64,000 nt of DNA from Callorhinchus milii (GCF_018977255.1 NW_024704745.1:46500001-46564000), one strand, 5' to 3'; positions 48,801 to 63,800 are shown, numbered from the stretch's first letter. Notes: generated from the letters alone by a model not told the origin. Made by a program: numbers and translations.

Positions 48801-51800
48801 GGTGTAGTGGCTGAAAACACGACCTCCAATGGTAGGGCAGAGGGTCCCAAGGGACAAGTAAGAGGTCAGTGCCAGTCGAGCGGAGACATTGGAGTGGGGA
48901 GTGAGGAGGTTGGAAAGGTAGGGAGGTGCCAGTGAATCGATTTGAACACGAGAGTGAGGACCTTGAGGTCAATCTGTTTGGTCAAGTGAAGCCTGGCCAG
49001 AACTGATGAGATGTGTACGCAGAGTTTGGTCAGTACGCAGAGGGCAGAATTTTGAATGAGCTGGATCTTGTGAATGTGGGCCTGGGGAGACCGGAGAGAA
49101 GTGCGTTGGAGTAATCCAAGCAGGAGGTGACAAACGCACGCACGAGGGTTTCGGCTGCATTTGGGATAAGGTACAGTCGGAGGTGGCAATATGGTGAAGG
49201 TGGAAGAAAGTGTTCCTGGTCAGGGACTGGATGTGGGGGATGAAGGACAATTGGGGGTCGAACCGGATGTCTAGGTTGCGCACTAGTTCGGTGAGTCTGA
49301 GGGAAAGCCCAGGGAGGTTGAGGAGATTAGATCTGCAGGAATGAAGACATTGACGGGAGCCAAGGTATATGGCTTCCATCTTGCCATATTCAGCTGCAGA
49401 AAGTTTACATTCATCCAGGCCTTGATGTCTGCCAGACAAGCTGATAGAGCATCGGTAGAGTTACTACTGCAGGAGGCAAAGTAGATTTGTGTGTCATCCG
49501 CGTACATGTGGAAGTTTACCCCTGTCTGGATGACATCGCCCAGTGGGAGCATATAGATAAAGAAGAGGGCCAAGGATGGAGCCCTGGGGTACCCCGCAGA
49601 TGACTGGGCAGTGGCGGGAGGAGAAACCATTTGCTTAGATGAAATGGAGGCGGTTGGTTAAGTAGGATTTGAACCATGCGAGTGCGGTCCCGCTAAGGTA
49701 GATGAGGGAGGAGAGCCGATGGAGGAGGATGGCGTGGTCGACTGTATCGAACGTGGCAGAGATCCAGGGAGCCCTGGTCACAGATAGAGACAATGTCATT
49801 TGTAACTTTGACAAGCGCTGTCTCTGTGCGTTCCAGGTCTTTAACAAGGAAGGGTAGGTTGGAGAGGGGACAGTAGTGTGTGAGATTAGAGTGATTGAGG
49901 GTGTGCACTTTGAGGAGGGATGTGATCACAGCGGTTTTCAGGGGGAATGGAACAGAGCCTGAGGAGAGAGACTGGTTGACCGTGACGGCCAGCAGGGGAA
50001 GAGAAGGGGGAGTTGAGTGACCAGCAGCTGGGTGGGGACGGGGGTCAAGGTAGCAGGTGGTGAACTTCATCTGGGTGATTATGATTGAGAGGGAGGAGGA
50101 AGAAATGGGGACAAAGTTGTATATGGAGGGGGAAGTGGCAGGAGCCGTGGCAGAGGGAGAAGGCGGTGTGGATGGTCTGGATGGGGTGGAAGGGGACATG
50201 TAGGGGACGATGCAGCCAAACGGATGTTTTCAATTTTTAAGGCAAAGAAGTCTAGGACCACTTCGCACTTGGCGTTTGACTTGTGGATAGAGGGGGCTTG
50301 AGGGGGTGCACGGAGGAGGTGATGACAGTGCAAAACAGCATCTTTGGATTGTTGTTTGCCTCCAGAATGACTGGAGAAAAAGTCAGTTTTGGCCTGTGAA
50401 AGGGAGAGAGGTTAGGTGCAGAGGTGCTCGAACCACAACTGGCGGTGAATCTTGGGGCTGGATTTCTGCCATCTGCGCTGGGGCATCCAGGTTTGTGCCT
50501 TGAGTGAGTGGAGGTGACTTTTGTACCAGGTGATAGAAAGCATATTTACTTATGGAATTGTATTGTTTATGATTTACATTGGTGTTTGTGTGTAGAGTGC
50601 TGGTAATTTGTGTAACGCTTCTTAATTGAATTTTGTCCCAATAAAATTAATGAAGATGATAAAATAAATGCTTTTTTTTGATGTAGATGAAACAGTCAGC
50701 GAGGTAGGCAAGAGATAATTCCACAAAATATTTACAAAATCATAAGAGGTACTGATAAAGACTATTTAGCCAAAGATAAGAATGAAGAATTTAGGAAAAC
50801 ACATCTTATGTTTGAGATTTCAGACATGCTGGATTACAGGCTGATCTGCTTTGTCCTATTTGAAACAAACAGAAGTCGCTGGGAATACTCAGCAGGTCAG
50901 GCGGCATCTATGGAGAAAGGAAAGTGAGTCAACATTTCGGGTCCACAACCCTTCGTCAGACCCTTCGTGCGTTCTGATGAAGGGTTGTGGACCCGAAACG
51001 TTGACTCACTTTCCTTTCTCCATAGATGCTGCCTGACCTGCTGAGTGTTCCCAGCGACTTCTGTTTTTGTTTCAGATTTCCAGCATCTGCAGTATTTTGT
51101 GTTTTGTCCAATTTGAAGCCTGGGATAGTTTAGTTATGATTTTGTAGCCAATATTTTGTACAAGGAAGTGGGATAATGAGCTTGCAAATTTATATGCATT
51201 TTATAATGCAGACTGAATGCTATATTTTTACTATACTTTCAAAACATAGTGTTACTACAGTATCATTCATGGGATGCTGTATATCGTGAGATCTGATGAC
51301 ACTTTCCATTGTTGCATTTTTACCTCGGCCCATCAGCTCCTAAATGATGTTTTAACTTTGTGTTCCTTTGTGGCTTCATAATATTTCTTGTATACTTTTC
51401 TTGCATGCTGCCAAGCTAAATGTAGTCAAAAAAATTATAACATTGCGTTCTTGTATTATTAAACAGTAAGTAAATACTGGTGGTTACATATTCCACAAAG
51501 TGATTTAATATTTAGTATTTAGCTTGGGTTACAAAATAACCATATGAAAACAAAGTGCAGGAAAACTACAAAAATCATAAAACTTTGAAATACATATTTC
51601 AAATTGTATTATAATATAAGATGAATAATAACTAAATATGAATGTTTACCAGACAGAAAATTATTCTATAGCATAGTAATGCAATTACTATATATTGTTT
51701 CTTTATAGACTATGATTCCAAAGCCTAGTTGTTAGTTCTCACCTTTTAACCTTCAGAGAGCAGTAGATGGGTAACACAAAAAATAAACTTTTTAAATGTT

Positions 51801-54800
51801 ACCTCTGTGGTAGTGAATATAGAATATGTCTTAATTATTTTTATATGTAAAATAATAGAGCTGTCTCCTATTTTTTTNCCTATAGCAGCTTATGTGACTT
51901 GATGTTCTGTGACATACTCACTGTTTTGTCCAGGCCTCTCACTACAAATGATAATTGAAAATACCAATGGCCAACCAATGTGTGCATGTGTAAGGAATCA
52001 ATTTCAAATGTAATGTTTCACAATTGATTTTATATGAAATGTCAAACATTACACTTTCCCTAAATATGTTTTTAAATATTAAAATCCTTTTGTAAAAAGA
52101 GTAAAGTTTTATAATTTAACATTAGAAATTGTTTCAAATTATTTTAACCTTAAAAAATAGCAATAGAACTGCAATGCGGAGGTTAGCAACTGCAATTTTT
52201 CTATGTAGAAAATCAGTATAGTTGTGCTATATCAAATGCAAGGATTATTATTATTCCTGCTGCATTCCATTCATTTTTTTAAGATAACATAATATTTTCC
52301 TGCTGCTAGACAAGTACTTCTGTTGGTTATATCAATGGATAGGGATGGTTTCCAAGTTGATGGCAATGTTGTTGTGCATTTTATGCCAGACAAGAGGGTC
52401 ATAAGGAGATCCTAGTACTTACTATGCACTTAGTTAGGGCTGCCTCAAAACTGTTTAATAACCAACTATCCTCAGGGGGCAGAAGTGGTAAGCAGAGTGT
52501 TCCTGGGGCTGAACTGGCTTCATGATGATGTGCCTGGGAATCGAATATTGAAATGGAGTCAATCCTTTGTGGCAGTCTCAGTAGTTTAGTTGCTGAATCA
52601 GGCAGGTCCACAGTACTCATTGTTAACGACAGATCAGCCAACCTGACTTATTGGCAGGACTTAGAAGGGTAGATCAGTCATTGGGGCAGTGATTCTTCAG
52701 GTATAATTCCTGTTAAGCTTGCAAGTCAATGTGTAGGAGCTCCCCTCCTTTCTCTCTCGCCATTCCCTCTTTGAACCCCTCTAATCCGGCTTCCGCGCTA
52801 CCCACAGCACGGAAACAGCCCCGGTCAAAGTCACTAATTACATTCTGAACATCTGTGATCAGGGCTCCCTCTGACTCCTTGTCCTCCTCGACCTCTGCCG
52901 CCTTCGACACTGTCGACTACTCCATCCTCATACACCGCCTCTCCGCTTTACTCAATCTTCACAGATCTGCCCTTGCCTGGTTTGATGCCAATCTCTCTCA
53001 CTGTCTCCACTTCGTTGCCTCTAACGGTTTCTTCTCCAACCCCCGCACTGTCACATCTGGTGTCACCCAGGGTTCTGTCCTTGGCCCTCTCCTCTTTAAT
53101 ATCTATATGCTCCCCCTTGGTGACAGCATCCACAGACATGGGGTCAACTTCCACATGTATGCGGATGACACCCAACTCTATCTTCCTGCCTCCACCCTCA
53201 ACTCCAGGACCACTGCTGTCCTGACAGACTGTCTGTCGGATATCAAGTCCTGGATTAGGGCAAATTTCCTACAGTTGAATGTGAACAAGACTGAGGCCCT
53301 CCTGATTGGCTCGCGCCAGCGCCTCAGCAACTCAGGCTCTGGCAGCATCAACCTCCATGGTTGCACACTACAGCTCACCAAGCCAGTCAGGAACCGAGGT
53401 GTCTTGTTTGACCCTCAACTGTCTTATCTCCCCCACGTTCAAGCCATGACCCGCTCTGCCTTCCCTCACCTCCGTAACATCGCCCGACTCCGCCACTACC
53501 TCACCCTTCAGGCCTCTGAAACTCTTGTTCATGCCTTCATCACCTCCAGGCTTGAGTATGCAAATGCCCTGCTTGTCGGCCTTCCCAACTCCTCCCTTCA
53601 CAGGCTGCAGATAATATTGAACTCTGCAGCCCGTGTCCTCTCCCGCACCAAACTCTGTGACCCCATCTCCCCCACTCTCTCCCGACTCTATTGGCTCCCT
53701 ATCCTTCAGAGGATCCAGTTCAAGATCCTGGTCCTCACATACAAAGCCCTCCATGGCCTCACCCTACCTCTGCGACCTCCTAATCTTGTTGTTAAATGCT
53801 GCTTTAGCCAGTTAAACTTCAGCAGTACTCCTATGTACACTATGGGGTCTCCAAACCTTGGCTCTTCGCAACCTGTGCTTTATATTCTCTGGAATAAGGC
53901 AAACATGGTGCACCTCTCTGGGGAGTGTGTACTCCATACCAGACAAATGAGAAACATCCATTTATAATTTATATATACACATGTGGAACTCTGTCTGATT
54001 TGGATACTACTCAGCTTCATAATGTGTGAGTCTGATACCCAACTCACCAAACAAGCAAATTGTTGTACCAAAGCAAGTTTCTCACCAAATCAAAGCACAA
54101 TTGAGTTTGCATAATGTAAGTTATCTATTGTTATTAGCCGCATAATACTATTATTGGTGGCTGGTCCAGGATGTGCTTGGTATGTTTTGTAAGTGTTTGA
54201 GTCATTCTCAATCTTCTTTAACATTGGGGATCAGACTCTTTACTTTTAGCATTGGCTTTTGGGCCTGGATAGTGCGATTATGTTGCAGTGGCCACAATTA
54301 TGTGTCAAACTTCAGGTGTGGGCCTAAGCCAGAGATGGAATTGACTTCTGAGGATTTGAACTTGACTGCTTTGGCAATATAGCTCCCAGCACTGAATCTT
54401 GTATTGTTCAATCACTAGTATCTAAGTAGCTGTGGTGGAGTATACTCTCAAATTGTGTATAATGTGCAGGTACTATCTAATATTAAAACAAGGAAAACAC
54501 CAGCAGCACAAAGTTCGACATGGATTTTTCTTTCTATACTTTGCTGCTAATTTAATTTCCTCCGTGGCCCTTTCTGTATATTCCTTGGTGTTCATCACTG
54601 TCTTTTCAATATTATCAATGTAGTCTCCTTGTGTCTGCACCAAAATTGAGGTCTGCAGGAAGAGGTCTTGCAATTCCTTCAGCTGATTCTCAAGACATCT
54701 TAGTTCTTTGTGGCGCTGCTCAATTTCAGACAGTTGTGATTTAGTAATTTTGATGTCATGCAGAAAATTTTCATTGAAAACATACCATCTATTATATTCT

Positions 54801-57800
54801 ACCATATTATTCAACTCTTCTTCAGATATATCTTTTCCAACAACTTCAAGCTGACGCTGTATAAATGCTTTACAGTTTTCTTTCTTTTTAATTAAAACAT
54901 TGTTAAATTCCAATATGGTTACTTCATACTGTTTAAGCAGCAATGTGTGTTGGTTCTTCTTCATTCTTGTAATGACTGCGTCTGCTCCAAAATCTACTAC
55001 CGACTGTTTCACATCTTTTGATAAAGCATCTAAGTGCTTGTGAATGGATTCAGCTTGGATTTTGAGGTCCTTAATGAGGCTGACATTGTCCTTTTTTATG
55101 ACGCTGAAACGGCGCATAGAGGCCATGATAGTAGAGCTTTGGTATCTCAGTTTCTTTATGTTGTTGTTCAGCTCATTGATTTCTTCTTGCATTCGCTGTG
55201 CATCCATCAAGAAATGCTCCAGAACTGGCTCCTTTTCAAAAATAATGGCTTGTTGTTTCAAGACTACATCTTCTTCTATTTTTGTGTTTGCCTCATTGTC
55301 TTTCTTTGTGTGATCTATTTCCTTTATACTTTGTTTAAACTCTTGAAGTCGGTCCTTCATATTGAGTACTTGTGATCAATTCATTTGTTTTTTTTCTACC
55401 ATTACCTAAACTTCCTTTGCAGATTGGTTGCTTTGTTTGGAGCTTTTTACAATTTTCTTTCAATTTCTGTGAAAATAAAATATTTTCAGTATGTTGAAGA
55501 TACAGAAAATGTTAGCAGACTCTTCATGTTTATGGTATTTTCACTACTCAACTAGAAAACCTAGTTTTTGAAGGGAGTGATTACCTTTTATTATTTGGGA
55601 GATTGTTGGCCAGAACACCAAGAGAAACTATCTTCTGTTTTTAAATAGTGCCATTGGATCTTTGATGTCCACCTGAACAGGTAGATTGGAGCTTGGTTTA
55701 ATATCTCATCCAAAGGATGACATCTCTAGCAATGCAGTGCACGCACCAGAATAGCATTGAGTGGTGGTTGTGATTATGAGTTCAAAGTCCCAAAGTGGGG
55801 CTTGAAACCACAATTTTCTGACTCATAGTTGAGAGTGCTGCTAACTGAGCCTTTCAGCAAGACCAAAATATGGTATTCTCATTGTTCAACTACAAAACCT
55901 AGGCTTGATATAATACCTTATGGTGTTGAGACATTTGAAAGACCTTTACAGGATTTTCCTGTGAAGTTTAATGTCAGTGTATTTGTATGTAAATGCAGCA
56001 GCCAATATGCACACAGGAATGTCTGACAAACAAAATTACATTTGTAAAGCTCCTTTCACGTCAGGAGGACATCCCAAGGCGCTGGTTTGAAGTGAATATC
56101 ATTCACAATTATTGGAAGTTTTATATGTAGAATTAGTGCAGTAATAAACTAAGCTATCGATGTGTAACATTCCCATTTCCTCTCATATCAATTTTGATTG
56201 ATCAGGCTGAAAGAAAATCTATACAAGTCCTTCATGAGTAAATACACGGTATGGTATAATATACCATGATTGTTGCCAGGTTTGATCCTGCTTTGAGTTA
56301 GATGATCTCAGCTGGAGTCCTTGGGTTACCTTCTTAGGGAAAGGAAAAAAATTGACCAGAGTTTGTGTTACTAATTGCTGTGCAAAGGACGTGTGTGGCT
56401 GTTGAGTAAGGATATATTGACTTCTTCTGTAATTTCCTATCTTTCTGCACCTCCCCATGGAAGAATAGACCACTATTTAGGCTTGTTGGGGGGGGAGTTT
56501 AAGTAGGTAGAATTTGAAGGCAAATATATGGCAGCCAGTTAGACCACAAATAGCCATGACATTAGGTTGCAGTGACATCACTTCCTGCATATGGCACATT
56601 AAACCAAGGAAGTTCTGCTGACATTACTTAACGAAGGAAGGATGATGGTGTACAATGTGCAAGAAGTGATCAGTGGCAATTTTACAATCTGGGAGAACTG
56701 TAGCCTTTTTTTAAAAGAAGGGACTCCACTTATAGTGGGACTTTTGAGCCCGAGGGACAGTTTAAAATGAGGTTCCCTGTACAAGGAGATCACAGTTGGT
56801 TTATTGTGTGCGCATTTCAGTAATCAAATTAGAAAAATGGAAAAGATCCAGGATCACAACATGAACTTTGAAATTAGAAATTAGTTGCAAAGCGATAAAT
56901 TGTTATCCTACTACTGTATTACACATGTTGGATTTATATTTAAGACTTACATTTCTGAATTTTTGCTTGACAAAATCCAGTAGGCATGTAACTAACTATG
57001 TTTGTGAAGGTGGAGCCATGACTCACAGAAGAAAATTGCACAAAAAGTTCTGAGAACAAAACCAGAGTGGAGATGTAAAAGTGCACACAGTTGTATCACT
57101 CTGCTCTTTCTACCTTACTTTTGGTTGATTTTACCTTTTTCTTCCTATCACCTGTTTTTTTCTGAGCTGAGAAATGGCTCTGTGGGTGATATCTGTGTTC
57201 TAAAACCAGAGGCTGATCAGATACCTTCAGAATTAAATTAGCATTTCATTTATAAGGTGGGTATTTTTGCCCCTCAACAGAATACTGCTTGTTTCCATGT
57301 GTCACTTGCAGCATAGTAGCACACTGAAGAGTTAGACAGATATGGGAATGATTTTATTGATAACCACACAAAACTTCTTGTGTAATAAATGTTATCCCAT
57401 CCACTCTGTCATATTATGAAAGACTACAGTTGGCTAGGGGAATGGGCACTTATTTTGTCCAGCTGTTATAAACAATCGTTTATACTCTATGGCATCCATA
57501 CACACTACTGCCTCACAGGAAAGACGTTTTTGTTTGTGACTGAAAGCTGTAGCCTTCTTGGAAGAGAAGGGGTTTCAAAAGGCATTTGATAAGATTGTAT
57601 GTCACATAATTGAGGACATAAGCTATAGAATTTTGAAATGTCAGTCAATAGTTTCTCCCTTTTGAGACTTTAACCTAAAACTATACAATTATGAAATGGT
57701 TTGCATCAAACAAGAACTGTAAAACGTCATAAAAAGGACATAAGTAATCTAAGTTTTAAGTATGTCATAGGGCATGACCAATCAAAATTGGAATATGAAC

Positions 57801-60800
57801 TTATTACTTTACTATTAAAGAATTTCCTTGGGAGCAAGCCCCTTGGGAAGCAAAACTGCAATAAGTGGTGATTCAATGTGAAAGCAGTGAACGTGTAAAA
57901 GAGATAAAATAGTCTTGTTGGGAAAGACCTCAAGATTCTAGTCAACTTTGCATTGTTGAGGGCTAGAGAGAGAAAAATGTATGGGAATGAGAGAGAGTTA
58001 AGAGATTGTTGCTGGTGGAAATTTTATTATGCCAGAGTTCTAGTTTGTTTATTGCAGTAAGATGAGCAATGCCTGATTTAAAAAAACTGAAAATATGTGA
58101 TGTGAAAATATGAAAGCAGCCATTTAAAAAAANCTGAACTCTCTTGAAGACACCTGAATGACAAAAATCTAATTCCAGGTGTTCCAACTCACTTATTAGC
58201 AAGCAACAAGCCCTGTTAATTTCTTAATTAGCATGGTAAATCTATTTAGTAATGGTTGCATTCGAAAACTATTAAATTACTGTAGAACTGACTCAGCTAC
58301 TGTTGAAATTGCTATGGAGCTCAGGTTTGCTTTAAATTATTGCCAAATTCATGGTCAGCTGTGGAAATGTAAAACCATTAATAACATTTTGCTGAGTGCT
58401 TTCAAGTACTAACTTTGTTGCTCAAGATATGATAAGCCATCCAAACAATTTATTTAGTCAACTAGCTGGTTAAGGAATTTAATGTTATGTTAATACTTCA
58501 GTGGTGTCATTTTATACATTCAATGAATTCAGCACCAGAAATTCTCTATTGTAGGAACAGAAGGGGGCCATTCAGCCCTTTTGAGCCCACTCAGCAGTTT
58601 ATAATATCATGGCAGATCTTTTAATCCCATTTCCCAGTTTTTCTCCACATCTCATAATACCTTTTTAAAAGAACCAAGTAATTCTGTTTCTATGGCATTC
58701 TGGACAGTGTGTTCCATATTTTCACGGCACCCTGTGTAAAGAAGTATTTTCTGAACTTGCTTCCAGCTAATTTACCTCTAATTTTAAGATTATGTTTCCT
58801 TGTTTTGGATCCCTCGACCAGAGTTTTCAGGTGCAGTTTTTTGACTGGAGAAGTCAAGGTAAACAAAATGAATGCATTTTTTTTTACAACGTAACTACAA
58901 ACTGCTTTTTCACTCAAATAAGAGAAATATAGGGCCAAGAAACACACAGGGTGCCAACGCTGTCAATAAATATATATATATATATATATATATAATCCAA
59001 GATCATTTATGCACCAATGCATGGTTCAGAGGTCATCTGTAAGAACATGATTTGTTTGGCAGTTAGCAGACCTGTGGTTGCTGCAAAAAGGATTAAAAGG
59101 ATTTCAGAAAAATATAATTTTTAATTATCAACTTTCATCAAAACAGGTATTTTTGATAAAAATCAGTTAAAGACTGATTTTAAAACTTCCTAACAATACT
59201 TACAAACAACTAACAATACTTATTTAAAAAAGACTCTTTGAAGAGAAAGCTATGCACACTAGTTGCAAGCATTGCCAATATTTAGCTTTTTATTTTACAA
59301 ATGTTATAAAAAATAAAACTATTAAACTCTTCCTTCCGTTCTGGGACTCTTTAAGAACTATGAATAAAATTAAAAATATTGGTAACAACTGTACATTACC
59401 TTATGCAGTCTTCATAGTTTCAATAACATTCTCACATAGGAGTCCTAGATTCCTGGTTTCTCTAATGCTTTAGCTGTCTCCAAGAGCAGAATTTATTCCA
59501 GCGTTTTTCCTTTTTAATAGTTCTCAATCTTGTTAGTGAAAAAGCAGCTTCCTGCATGTAATGAGTTCTCAGATTACGTAATTGGGCACTTTGCCAAGAG
59601 AAATGTGATCAAACAGTTTGGATGTCCTAATGACGTCAAGAACATGTGTTTCTGGGAATCTGGTTCAGCTTGTTAAAATGTCTGCTGTCTTCCTCAGTGA
59701 AACACAATTCCTCATCAACTGTCCAGTAGTGACCAAATATCGCTGGTTTAAGTTGTCTAGAAAATAAAATCACCATGATAGTGGCTTTTTGATTTAAACT
59801 ATTACTGTGAACCACCCATAACATTAAATTATTTAATGTAGAAAGCAGGAAACAAATATGTTGTGCTGGGTGGGTTAAATACGAGTAAGTACTAGAGCTA
59901 ATTTGGGAGACATCCTAGTCAGTTTTCCCAAAGTTATTGAGTTGGTCCCACCCTTAAATATTTGGCAAAGAACCATTATGATTTGCAATGTGGCGATGAT
60001 TTACTATTATGTGAGAACAAAAAACAACTAAACTCACAGTGTAGATTAAATATAAATGTTTAAAGTATTTTTCAGTAACTCCCATTATCATCAGTTTTGT
60101 TTGGATTGAAATGTTACATAAACAACATTCCATTGTATGTTACAACCACCAAACTTCAATATTATGCTGAAATCAACTACAGCAACAATATTTTTAATTA
60201 AGCATGTTATTGTGGAGTCCTGTAGCTCAGTGGTTAGAGCACTCGCTTTGCAAGTGAGAGACCTGAGTTCAATTCCAGGCAGGGCGAAACCTTGGGCAAG
60301 TTTCCTTACTCCACACGCCTAATAATAATCCCTCCAAAACTAAAAACAATAATTAAATTGGTCATCTTCAATCTACGACTGTTTGTGGGACATAATTAAG
60401 CGCTATATCAAATGCAAGGATTATTATTATTATTTTCCTCAAATTTAAACTGTTGGAATAATTTTATTATTTGAATGATTCAGAAGTTCTCATTGAGAGT
60501 TTTTAACACTTATTTTTGAAGGTATTAACCCACAAGTTCCAACTATCCTATACTCTTGAAGACAATTTAATATGAGCTACTCTTGTGCATGTCCGAACTA
60601 CAATTAATCTATTTCGGATAAGTGCTTGTACCATTTCATCACAAAAGATCAGGATACAGAAATTTTCCAGAGAGATATTTACTGTGCTTTGAATATTTTT
60701 GAATAACAAACAATTGTTAATAACTTTTGTCTAATAGTTTAACTGTGCTTTAAATGTGCTTTGAATATCTCTCTGGACAATATCTGTGTCCTGACAATAT

Positions 60801-63800
60801 CTGTATTCCTGACATTTAGATCATGTCAGTTCAACTCTGAACGTTTGTGCAGCAAAAAGAACAACAAGCACAAGCAAGAAGTTTTGGTTTTTCTCAAGTT
60901 AAGTATTGCTGTATTTCAGCCTCTTATTAAGTCTCACTATTATTTTTGTTTCAAATATCTTTGAGAGCAGGGCACTCTGCTCATTCACCACAGTTTCTTT
61001 TAAAGAGGACATGATAATGGTGCAGTACGCTTTTTACTTTGTATTTTATTTTTGTCTAAGTTCCAGATGTCAGGACAGAAGCTAAACTCTAAACCAATAC
61101 AGTACTTCATTATTGTAGAACGAACCTAGACTCCATTGTTTGCTGCTTACATTATTGATCCTTCATTGTTGGTTTCCAGTTTCTGTACAACTATTGAAAA
61201 CCGTAATATTACAATTGCATATTTTTGAATAACACAAACAATTGTCAATAACTTTCGTTTAATAGTTTAATTGTTAATAAACTAATATGATCCAGCATCA
61301 GCCATCAATAGCTCGGTCTCTTAGTGATGGAATGAAGAAAACAGTTGAACCAGAAATAAATCATTTTATTCTCTCTTTTAAATGAATCTAGCAAGCAAAT
61401 AACATACAACACACAATTTCAACAGTTGATTAATACCAATTGACTTTGAAATAACCTTAAACAAATGTCCATATGACGTATTAGAGCTGGTATTGCATGC
61501 TCCCAGGAGTGATTTGCCTTCAACCGAGTTTGTAACCCACTGAGAAATGACTCTTTAAAATTTGAATGTACCTTTAGGAATTTTACTATGATTTGACCAG
61601 ATGGAGAATCAGTAATTTTAGGAATTCCAATGTGACTTTTGGTCAGTTACGCGTAAAACCTTTGAAGTAGAATTTCCCAAACCTCTCAGATTCTGAGATC
61701 CATTGACACTCAATTCTTGACGTTGTGACAAGGAGATGCATTTATTTCATTATAATCATGGAGTTTACTGCAAGATAACAAGTTAATAAGTAACAGTAAT
61801 AATCCTTGCATTTGATAACAATCTTTTTGATATATTGCCTTATATTGGCCTTGTATAGTGCCTTATGTTAGTGCTTCTCTATGCACTTCTCAGGATTTAC
61901 TGTAAAGTGTAGTAACTGTGTATTTGTAATTGACATGAATTGGGGGTGTATTATCATCATAAGAAATTTGAACTGTTGCCAGTGGCATTTTATATAACAT
62001 GTACAGTAAAGCTTGAAGGTGTTTTTGACATGAGTTTCGAGGTGATTATGGTGCCTGCAACAGGAATTATCACACAACATGACAGAAGGCTCTCATGGTT
62101 GAATCATGATTTGAAATTGAGTTATATTGGAACTATTTGAATTTATGCAACAGAAACCACTGCTCATTTTCTTCACCAGATTGTGCTTTGTAAAAACACG
62201 AGTCCTCCGCTCCACCCTCGGCGGCCGTGCCTTCAGCCACTATGTCCCGAGGCTCCGGAACTCCCTTCCTCACTCCCTTTGCCTCGCTCCCTCCCTCCCT
62301 ATTTTCAGGTCTCTGCTGAAGACCTTTCTTTTCGATCGGGCCTTTGGTCACCTTCCTCCCCCTGGCTCGGCCCCGGGATCCGTTACTGTAAAGCGTTCTG
62401 AGATGCCGTCAGGCATGGAGGGCGCTATATAAAGCCAAGTTGTTGTTGTGATTCTGTGTTATACTTGTGTGTATAATTAAAGTTCAGACTCTCAAGAGAG
62501 AACTAATTAGATGTTTAAGAGAAATAATTTGGAGGGATATGGGGAAAATACAGGTAAATGGGTCTGAATGTTTTTACATAGAGGCTTTCATGTGGGGGAA
62601 ATGTCTCAAAGCACTTTTGTCTTTCAAAAAACCAACACGGGCCCAAAGGACTGATTGATCTTGTTATGTGCTGAAAATGTCTATGGTTCTAAGAGATTGG
62701 GAGGTGCAATGAGTTTGTACAATAATAGTACTCATTACTTGCTTCTCTGTGACTTGGGCTTTAATCTAAACCAGATTTGATAATATGTGAATCACTTTTC
62801 TAAAGGCTGCAAAATTTCTGTAGTAAGCATTTCTCAGTGAGAAATCAGTACCACAAAAATGTTTAAAATTGGCATTTCACTCAATAAGGTGGTAATTCTA
62901 AGCTAATAGGGAAGTGTAAATGTCACATGATATGTAAACATCACCAAAGGTCTTAAAATTCATTTATATAATCGACTATTCTAGTTAACCATGTATAATA
63001 TTTATTGAATACTGAATGATGCTTTCATAACATCTGACTTCATTCTTCTTGAACCTCACCCACTCTTGGTAATTTGCTGCTTAGCTCATGCAATTTGCTC
63101 CATTCTATATGGAGTTTCCAGTGCAACAACTCTTCAAAGACTTCTTTTTCTCCAAAGCAGCTCAAGCCAAAGCCCTGTAATAATAATAATAATAATAATA
63201 ATCCTTGCATATGATATAGCGCTTTTCACGTCAGGAGGACGTCCCAAAGCGCTTTACAGAACACACTGTAAAGTGAATTGACTGTATATTTGTGGGCGAA
63301 CGCGGCAGCCAATTGCGCACAGCAATGTCCCACAAACAGTCGTAGATTGAAAATGACCAATTTATTATTGTTTTTGGTTTTGGAGAGATTATTATTAGGC
63401 GTGTGGAGTAAGGGAACTTGCCCAAGGTTTCGCCCTGTGCCTGGAATTGAACTCAGGTCTCTCACTTGCAAAGCGAGTGCTCTAACCACTGAGCTACAGG
63501 ACTCCACTGTACTATAGCTACAAGAAACGGGAATATGTATGAACATTGCTTGTCCTGACTGAAATATCTTAAATAACCAGTTGCCTAAATAAATTAAATA
63601 CTTTTTTGGACTTTTCCAAATTAACTAAAGTGATTTGCTGCTTGTTTAACTTGCACACCCCACAATTATTACTTAAGTCCTTCCAGTGAGATGCAAGTCA
63701 TCATGAATTTGCATCGCAAATTGTTACTTGTAAATTAATTGTACAATAACTAAAACCATTAATGCTCTATTTGTTTATTTTAGATTGGCAAACAAACAGG

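Noticed and set aside
52400-52737. Possible inverted 5' piece of the adjacent L2 (twin priming)
   Set aside because: The sequence does not align convincingly to the other L2 copies; left unclassified
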